Under the pieces are notes generated by a model, which saw only the letters and a list, made by a program, of their open reading frames with translations, made no database searches and was not told where the DNA came from. Position numbers and translations under genes: made by a program. Shown in pieces: positions 26,362 to 32,000 of a DNA stretch of 32,000 bases. The stretch covers positions 2,220,001 through 2,252,000 of the forward strand of contig OY759724.1 in assembly GCA_963662715.1 (NCBI GenBank), in the 5' to 3' direction. The stretch comes from Candidatus Omnitrophota bacterium. Lineage in GTDB: Bacteria > Omnitrophota > Gorgyraeia > Zapsychrales > JANLHA01. Within the stretch, counting starts at the first letter, position 1. Every line of letters begins with the position of its first letter.

Positions 26362-27177
26362 ATGTCCATGAGCCGATTTTACAGTTCCGTGTTGATGATC
26401 GCGCTGATCAGCGCGGTTATTATGTATGATGCCACATTTCTTCTTATGGTGATGCTGTTGACGATCGGCGGTCTTTACGAGTTCTTTTATATGATCAAAA
26501 AGAAGGGGATCCCGATCTACAGTTATTTTGGAATTATTATCGGGTTGTTTATCCCGGCTTCCATATACTGGCGGATGGAATTGACGAGGAATCTGGAATT
26601 ATTGTTTATTGTCCTGGCGTTTCTGTCCATCTTGATCTTGCAGTTTGCCCGCCGGGATAATACCAACGCTGTTGTCGGCATTTCGACAACGATGTTCGGG
26701 ATTTTTTATGTGTCCTGGTTGTTCAGTTTTCTTATAAAAGTCCGATTTCTTCTGCCGGGTATTGCCGGCGTAAAGTTGTTGGTTTTTATTTTGCTCGTAA
26801 CGAAAATGGGGGATATCGGGGCCCTGCTGGTCGGGAGCCGTTTTGGGAAACATCCGCTGCTGCCCCGGGTCAGTCCCAACAAATCTATTGAAGGAAGTTT
26901 GGGAAGTTTCGTTTTCAGCATTGCAACGGCCCTCGTGAGTCAACCCTTATTGCCTGCAACGACTCAATTTACCTTTTGGAAAATTGTGCTTATAGGGGCT
27001 TTTTTCGGCGGTATGGGACAGCTTGGAGACCTGTCCGAATCTCTCATGAAACGGGACTGCAATGTCAAGGATTCCGGTAAGCTTTTGCCCGGGATGGGAG
27101 GCGTATTGGATGTCATTGACAGCCTTCTTTTTTCGGTCCCGGCCTTTTACTTATTTATGAGCGCGGCGTTGAATTAG
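26362..27177 (+). CDS. cdsA: Phosphatidate cytidylyltransferase (CDP-diglyceride synthase), with an atypical signature region
   Basis: This is a multi-pass membrane protein in the conserved position between uppS and dxr. Its C-terminal signature-like region is SESLMKRDCNVKDSGKLLPGMGGVLDVIDS, which has MGG and D-V where I recall HGG and D-[RK]. Confidence 0.8.
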   Translation: MSMSRFYSSVLMIALISAVIMYDATFLLMVMLLTIGGLYEFFYMIKKKGIPIYSYFGIIIGLFIPASIYWRMELTRNLELLFIVLAFLSILILQFARRDNTNAVVGISTTMFGIFYVSWLFSFLIKVRFLLPGIAGVKLLVFILLVTKMGDIGALLVGSRFGKHPLLPRVSPNKSIEGSLGSFVFSIATALVSQPLLPATTQFTFWKIVLIGAFFGGMGQLGDLSESLMKRDCNVKDSGKLLPGMGGVLDVIDSLLFSVPAFYLFMSAALN

Positions 27178-27290
27178 GCTGCGGTGTGCTTTGCTGAGGC
27201 GCGCGGGAAGAAGGCCCCCGATGACGTTCGGCGGCTGTCAAGACACAGGAAGCATCCGCCGTATCATACACGTTTTGAAGAGATATCATT

Positions 27291-27309
27291 TTTGAAGCCT
27301 TGCTTCAAA
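27291..27309 (+). other. Perfect 8-bp hairpin just upstream of the dxr start
   Basis: TTTGAAGC (27291-27298) pairs with GCTTCAAA (27302-27309) around a 3-nt loop, 24 nt before ATG 27333. The octamer TTTTGAAG occurs twice, at 27273-27280 and 27290-27297. Function is unknown. Confidence 0.3.
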
Positions 27310-27332
27310 TGTCTTGGAGCGACATATTTTTT

Positions 27333-28517
27333 ATGCGACAAGAAATCCGAAGACTTGCTGTCCTGGGCTCAACCGGGTCTATAGGGATTAATACATTAAA
27401 AGTAGCTGAGCGTTATCCGGGACGTTTTGAAGTTGTTGCTTTAACGGCTTTTAATAACCACAAGCTTTTAGAACGGCAAATTCGGCAGTTTCAGCCGAAG
27501 TATGTCGGAATCAGTCAGGATAAGATCGCTCTTTTAAAACAGAATATCCGCAGCAGCCGGATAAAAATATTTGATGTTGAATCAGAGTTGGCGGCCATCA
27601 CCGTACAGCCGGATATCGATATTGTGGTTATCGGTATGAGCGGGGGCGCGGCCTTGGCCCCTTTCTTAAGCGCTGTAAGAGCCGGGAAAAGGGTGGCGCC
27701 GGCGAATAAAGAAGCGCTTGTCATAGCCGGGGAACTCATTATGAAAGAGGCCCGCAGGCACAGGGCGGACGTCATTCCGGTTGATTCGGAGCAAAGCGCT
27801 ATCTTTCAATGTTTGGCCGGCGGGAAAAGATCCGATCTGCAGAAAGTTTATCTGACGGCATCAGGGGGGGCGTTGAGAAACGTCCCGAAAAACCGGTTTC
27901 CTCATTTGACGGTTGAGGATATCTTGAATCACCCTCGCTGGAAGATGGGAAAAAAGATCACTGTTGATTCGGCAACACTTATGAATAAAGGGTTTGAGGT
28001 GATAGAAGCCCAAAGGTTATTTGGACTCAAAGTTGAGGATATTGAGGTTTTGATTCATCCGGAAGCCATCATTCATTCTATGGTCGCTTTTAAAGACGGG
28101 TCTATTATAGCCCAGTTGGGGATTACGGACATGCGTTTGCCGATTCAATATGCTTTAACATATCCGGACAGGATCGAAACAGGGCTCAAGCAAATTGATT
28201 TTTATCATTTGAAAAAGTTAACATTTTCAGAGCCCCGTTGGAAGAAATTCCCTTCCTTAACGTTAGCTATTCATGTCGCGCGGGAAGGAGGGACACTCCC
28301 GAGTGTTTTGAACGCCGCAGATGAAGAAGTGGTTAAGGCTTTTTTATCTCGTCGTATCCCGTTTTTGGGGATATATCATATCGTAGAAAAAGTGGTCTTG
28401 AAACATATAAAGAAAACAAATCCTGACCTCTCGGATATTCTTGAAGCGGATTCCTGGGCCAGAAAAGAAAGCCGTCGTTTGGTCGAATCCTTTCAGCAGC
28501 AGAACATCATGATTTGA
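27333..28517 (+). CDS. dxr: 1-deoxy-D-xylulose-5-phosphate reductoisomerase
   Basis: The N-terminal NADPH motif is LAVLGSTGSIGINTL, with PVDSEQSAIFQCL and NKGFEVIEA also present. The ATG at 27333 fits the usual short N-terminus. The ORF track begins at 27300. Confidence 0.9.
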   Translation: MRQEIRRLAVLGSTGSIGINTLKVAERYPGRFEVVALTAFNNHKLLERQIRQFQPKYVGISQDKIALLKQNIRSSRIKIFDVESELAAITVQPDIDIVVIGMSGGAALAPFLSAVRAGKRVAPANKEALVIAGELIMKEARRHRADVIPVDSEQSAIFQCLAGGKRSDLQKVYLTASGGALRNVPKNRFPHLTVEDILNHPRWKMGKKITVDSATLMNKGFEVIEAQRLFGLKVEDIEVLIHPEAIIHSMVAFKDGSIIAQLGITDMRLPIQYALTYPDRIETGLKQIDFYHLKKLTFSEPRWKKFPSLTLAIHVAREGGTLPSVLNAADEEVVKAFLSRRIPFLGIYHIVEKVVLKHIKKTNPDLSDILEADSWARKESRRLVESFQQQNIMI

Positions 28518-28572
28518 AGGGTATGCCGCTTTGCACCGGTCGTCGGGGATTTTGTTTAGAGGTGAATAAACT

Positions 28573-29928
28573 ATGGATATCTTGATATTTTTAATCGTTT
28601 TAAGCATTTTGGTTATTGTCCACGAATGGGGCCACTTTTTTACGGCCAGATCTTTAGGTGTTGACGTGGAGAAATTCTCTGTTGGTTTTGGCCCGAAAAT
28701 TATTTCCAAAAAGCATAAAGGCACGGAATTCCTTGTCAGTGCGATCCCGCTGGGGGGGTATGTTAAACTGGCCGGGGATGACCGTAATACCTGTAAAGGG
28801 GCGGCGGGCGAATTTTATTCCCATCCGGTAGGGCACCGGGCTCTTGTCGTTTTAATGGGACCTGTTGTTAATTTTGTTTTTGCTTTTATCAGTCTCTGGA
28901 TCATTTTTATGGTCGGGTTCCCGGGCTCTTCTACGAGGATTATGTACTTGGAAGCAGGCGGGGCGGCCCAGGCTGCGGGGGTGTTAAAAGGGGATAAAAT
29001 CCTGGAAGTCAATAACGAGCAAGTCCATGGACAGATGCACTTGGAAAGGGTCCTTCGCAAAAAGACGGACGGGCCGTTGCAGCTTAAGGTCCAAAGGGGC
29101 GATGCGGTTATGGTGCGGCAACTCACCCCGGAATTAGTCAGGAAAGAAAATGATTTCGGTGAAAAAGAATGGGCTTATGATATCGGGGTGGATTTTTATA
29201 GCAATGAGATCGGCTGGGTCGCCGAAGATTCTCCGGCGCAGAAAGCAGGGCTCCGGCACGGTGATGTTATTACGGCGATTAACGGAGTGCCGATTCTCGG
29301 CTGGCCGGATATCAAAACGAATATCAGCGACAGCTCTCTGGATGTTTTGCCGATCACCTATGAACGGGACGGGCAAAAGACCACGATCCAGGTGACTCCT
29401 ACAACGAGGACTTTTGAAAATGAAGAGGGCGAAGAGGTTGAAATGAAAATTATTGGGATCAGTCCCATCCAGGAAGTCGAATCCTATCGCTTCGGTTTTT
29501 TTGACTCTATGCGGCATTCCGTCTCAGAGTTGTGGAATATTATTTCCCTGACTTTGAAGACGTTAGGGAAAGTTATTACGGGGTCCTTGTCAGCCAAACG
29601 GGCTATCGGAGGTCCTATCCGGATTTTCTCCGTTGTGAGTAATGCCGCGGCGACCGGGATTCTCAGCCTTATCTATGTCATGGCCGTTATTAGTGCCAGT
29701 TTGGGCCTGTTTAATTTATTCCCTGTCCCGATCCTTGACGGGGGACATATTTTCCTTTTTTTAATCGAGCGCTTACGCGGCCGGCCGTTGCCCCTCAAAT
29801 GGGAAGAGAATTTGAATAAGGTCGGTTTCACGGCTTTGATGGTATTAATGGTTTTTGTTATTTATAACGATATCGTGGAAATTGGTCTGTTACGAAAAAT
29901 TTCTGACTTTGTGACAAAAATAAAATGA
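28573..29928 (+). CDS. rseP: RIP metalloprotease RseP (site-2 protease, M50 family, with PDZ domains)
   Basis: The zinc motif is HEWGHF at the N-terminus, with PDZ-like segments (GVLKGDKILEVN and AGLRHGDVITAING). The second metal-ligand motif is NLFPVPILDGGH. Length is 451 aa. Confidence 0.9.
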   Translation: MDILIFLIVLSILVIVHEWGHFFTARSLGVDVEKFSVGFGPKIISKKHKGTEFLVSAIPLGGYVKLAGDDRNTCKGAAGEFYSHPVGHRALVVLMGPVVNFVFAFISLWIIFMVGFPGSSTRIMYLEAGGAAQAAGVLKGDKILEVNNEQVHGQMHLERVLRKKTDGPLQLKVQRGDAVMVRQLTPELVRKENDFGEKEWAYDIGVDFYSNEIGWVAEDSPAQKAGLRHGDVITAINGVPILGWPDIKTNISDSSLDVLPITYERDGQKTTIQVTPTTRTFENEEGEEVEMKIIGISPIQEVESYRFGFFDSMRHSVSELWNIISLTLKTLGKVITGSLSAKRAIGGPIRIFSVVSNAAATGILSLIYVMAVISASLGLFNLFPVPILDGGHIFLFLIERLRGRPLPLKWEENLNKVGFTALMVLMVFVIYNDIVEIGLLRKISDFVTKIK

Positions 29929-29964
29929 ACTTAGAAGAATTTTTCTGTAAAAAAGGAGTTTGTC

Positions 29965-31236
29965 ATGGTCGAAGATACCGAACTTAAGGAAATCGTTCAT
30001 CGTTATCTGATTCAGAAGACGGATTTTTTAAAAGTCAAAGATACAATGAATGAAGATCAGCTCCGTGTTTATGTGGATAAGTCTATTACGGATGTCTGTT
30101 ACGAAGAACAGATGGAAATCACCATGGAGCAGCGCATCCGCCTGATTCGGGAGATGGTGGGTGCGGTTGTGGCTTTAGGGCCGCTCCGTCCCTTGATGGA
30201 GGATAAGGAGATTACCGAAATTATGGTCAATGGGGCGCATCAGATTTATATTCAACGAAAAGGTCGGATTGACTTGTCGGATGTTAAATTTGAACATAAC
30301 GAGCATCTCACGCATACGATACAGAAGTTGCTCAACAGTTCGGGAACCAACCGGCGTGTCGATGAGTCGAACCCTTACGTGGACTTTCCCCTGCCGGACG
30401 GGACCCGCTGTAATGTTATCCTGCCTCCGTGTTCTTTGGTCGGCCCGGTCATGACAATACGAAAATTTGCCGATATTTCTACGATTGATGACGTATTAAG
30501 ACTTAAAATGCTCGATCAAGATATTGCAACGTTTTTGTGCGGAACGATGTTGGCGAAACATAATATCGTTTTCTGCGGGGCGACGGGTACCGGTAAAACG
30601 ACATTGCTTAACGTTTTGTCCCGGCATATCGATGATGAAGAGCGTATTATCACCATTGAGGATACCCCGGAATTGCGTCTTAAGCAGGACCACGTCGTGA
30701 CCCTGCAGGCCAAAATGGCGAACGTAGAAGGAAAAGGCGCGATCTCGATCCGGGACCTTTTCGTCAACTCGCTGCGTATGCGTCCCGACCGGCTGATCAT
30801 CGGGGAAGTCCGTTCCGATGAAATGCTCGACTTGATTGAATCTATCGCCTCCGGACACTCCGGTTCCTTGGCGATCGTCCACGCTGAATCCCCGGAGGAC
30901 TGTTTCTCCCGTATGACCACGATGATGCTCATGACGGGTATTAAGCTGGATACCAGGATTATTGAAAAGCAGATCGGGCGGGCGATTGACCTGATCGTTC
31001 ATATTATTCTGTATCCGGACGGTGTGCGCCGGGTTACAAACGTGACCGATGTTTCCTGGGATGATGAGAGAGAAAAACCTGTCATGAAGGATATTTTTAC
31101 TTTTAAACAGGACAGCATATCCGCGGAGGGGAAGATTTCCGGGCATTGGGAATTCAACAGGGAAACTCCGGCAGCTTATGAGAAATTCAAGAAGAAGAAC
31201 ATTAAGCTGCCGGAAGGCTTTTTTAATAAGATGTAG
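29965..31236 (+). CDS. cpaF: CpaF/TadA-family secretion ATPase (type II/IV secretion NTPase, Tad/Flp-pilus type)
   Basis: Walker A is FCGATGTGKTT, with ITIEDTPEL, the Walker B-like DRLIIGEVR, and the His-box region SGHSGSLAIVHA. The N-terminal region ITEIMVNG...IYIQRKG is typical of CpaF. AAGGAG lies 7 nt upstream of the ATG. Confidence 0.85.
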   Translation: MVEDTELKEIVHRYLIQKTDFLKVKDTMNEDQLRVYVDKSITDVCYEEQMEITMEQRIRLIREMVGAVVALGPLRPLMEDKEITEIMVNGAHQIYIQRKGRIDLSDVKFEHNEHLTHTIQKLLNSSGTNRRVDESNPYVDFPLPDGTRCNVILPPCSLVGPVMTIRKFADISTIDDVLRLKMLDQDIATFLCGTMLAKHNIVFCGATGTGKTTLLNVLSRHIDDEERIITIEDTPELRLKQDHVVTLQAKMANVEGKGAISIRDLFVNSLRMRPDRLIIGEVRSDEMLDLIESIASGHSGSLAIVHAESPEDCFSRMTTMMLMTGIKLDTRIIEKQIGRAIDLIVHIILYPDGVRRVTNVTDVSWDDEREKPVMKDIFTFKQDSISAEGKISGHWEFNRETPAAYEKFKKKNIKLPEGFFNKM

Positions 31237-31269
31237 GTTAAGATGAATGAGACCGAATTGAGGAATATT

Positions 31270-32000
31270 ATGCGCTGGTCGCAATATTTTATACCCACTT
31301 TGAAAGAAACCCCTGTCGGGACAGAGGCTGTGAGTCATCAGCTGCTGTTAAGGGCCGGGCTGGTGAATATGCTGACTTCGGGGGTGTACTCTTATCTTCC
31401 GTTGGGCTTACGGGTGCTTCGCCGTATCGAAAGTATTATCCGTGAAGAGATGGATGCCGCCGGGGCTCAGGAGCTTTTTTTGCCTTGCTTGCAGCCCAGG
31501 GATTTGTGGAAAAAAACCGGGCGGGATCAGGTTTTAAATGAGATTATGATCCGCTTTACGGATAACCGCGGCAGAGAAATGTGTCTGGGCCCGACACATG
31601 AAGAAGTTATTACGGAATTAGTTAGGAATTATGTCCAGTCGTATCGTCAGCTTCCGGTGACGCTGTATCAGATTCAGACAAAATTCCGCGATGAACTGCG
31701 TACGCGTTTTGGGATCGTTCGGGCTTGTGAATTTATTATGAAGGACGCCTACAGTTTTGACCGCGACTGGGAAGGACTGAAACAAACGTATCAACGGATG
31801 CATGCCGCTTATCAGAATGTCTTTCGCCGGTGTGGTGTTGATGTTTACATTATTGCCGCAGATTCGGGCGCCATGGGGGGCGATGTCTCTCATGAGTTTT
31901 TGGCGCCGGCCCCGATCGGGGAAGACGAAGTCGCTCTTTGTGAAAGCTGCGGTTTTGTCGGTGCGGGAGCCATGCTCACAGAGACAAAGGGGGCGTGCCC
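31270..32000 (+). CDS. proS: Proline--tRNA ligase (5' part; continues beyond the window)
   Basis: This ORF is absent from the ORF track because no stop falls inside the window. My own translation from 31270 reads MRWSQYFIPTLKETPVGTEAVSHQLLLRAGLV...SGVYSYLPLG...CLGPTHEEVIT...YQIQTKFRDELRTRFGIVRACEFIMKDAYSF, which is the classic ProS N-terminus with class II motifs. An in-frame upstream ATG at 31243 is the alternative start. Confidence 0.9.
   Translation, partial: MRWSQYFIPTLKETPVGTEAVSHQLLLRAGLVNMLTSGVYSYLPLGLRVLRRIESIIREEMDAAGAQELFLPCLQPRDLWKKTGRDQVLNEIMIRFTDNRGREMCLGPTHEEVITELVRNYVQSYRQLPVTLYQIQTKFRDELRTRFGIVRACEFIMKDAYSFDRDWEGLKQTYQRMHAAYQNVFRRCGVDVYIIAADSGAMGGDVSHEFLAPAPIGEDEVALCESCGFVGAGAMLTETKGAC

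Noticed and set aside
27228-27266. GTCAAGACACAGGAAGCATCC resembles part of the conserved SRP (4.5S) RNA domain IV sequence (…GGAAGCAGCC…).
   Set aside because: The flanks do not form the long imperfect hairpin, or the GNRA-capped helix 8 with symmetric and asymmetric loops, that SRP RNA requires. Complementarity is limited to a 6-bp stem.
27184-27384. A 66-aa + strand ORF in the cdsA-dxr spacer that runs into dxr.
   Set aside because: It uses a non-ATG start, has no SD sequence, and overlaps the dxr start region out of frame. Its composition reflects the GC-rich spacer and has no recognisable features.
30496-31338. A 280-aa minus-strand ORF, with a nested 138-aa ORF at 30516-30932.
   Set aside because: It lies almost entirely antisense to the strongly supported cpaF gene. 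Its translation is rich in R, P, G and H, has no recognisable motif, and has no SD sequence or promoter context. It is a typical shadow ORF.

Overview
The window holds about 30 genes, all on the + strand, from a diderm (LPS-making) bacterium of moderate to low GC. That GC impression is by eye, not computed. I saw no rRNA, tRNA, CRISPR array, IS element, prophage or recognisable defence or toxin module.

Positions 634-17600 form one consolidated LPS inner-core, Kdo and export locus:
- waaA and lpxK.
- An LpxL-family late acyltransferase fused in one ORF to an ELM1/DUF1022-type domain.
- A GT4-GT9 fusion, a standalone GT4 and three tandem GT9 (heptosyltransferase-family) genes.
- A kinase-only heptose-7-phosphate kinase.
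- The complete CMP-Kdo pathway in the order kdsB-kdsA-kdsD-kdsC.
- A single ORF carrying both LptC-like and LptA-like halves, then lptB.

The remainder is housekeeping:
- A short trigger factor that appears to lack the PPIase domain, and clpP with no clpX after it.
- A class-V aminotransferase plus serA, a polytopic membrane protein of unknown function, and purA.
- An OmpA-domain lipoprotein paired with a membrane-anchored coiled-coil protein.
- uppS-cdsA-dxr-rseP, a lone CpaF/TadA-type ATPase, and the 5' part of proS.

The window starts inside a xerC/xerD-type recombinase gene. I do not see a clear-cut new system such as a defence island. The most unusual signals are domain-architecture events in envelope-biogenesis genes: LpxL-ELM1, GT4-GT9, LptC-LptA, and the PPIase-less trigger factor. 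A few atypical intergenic spacers also stand out.

All functional calls rest on motifs I recognise in the supplied translations. No database search was run, and the lineage cannot be assigned from the sequence alone.
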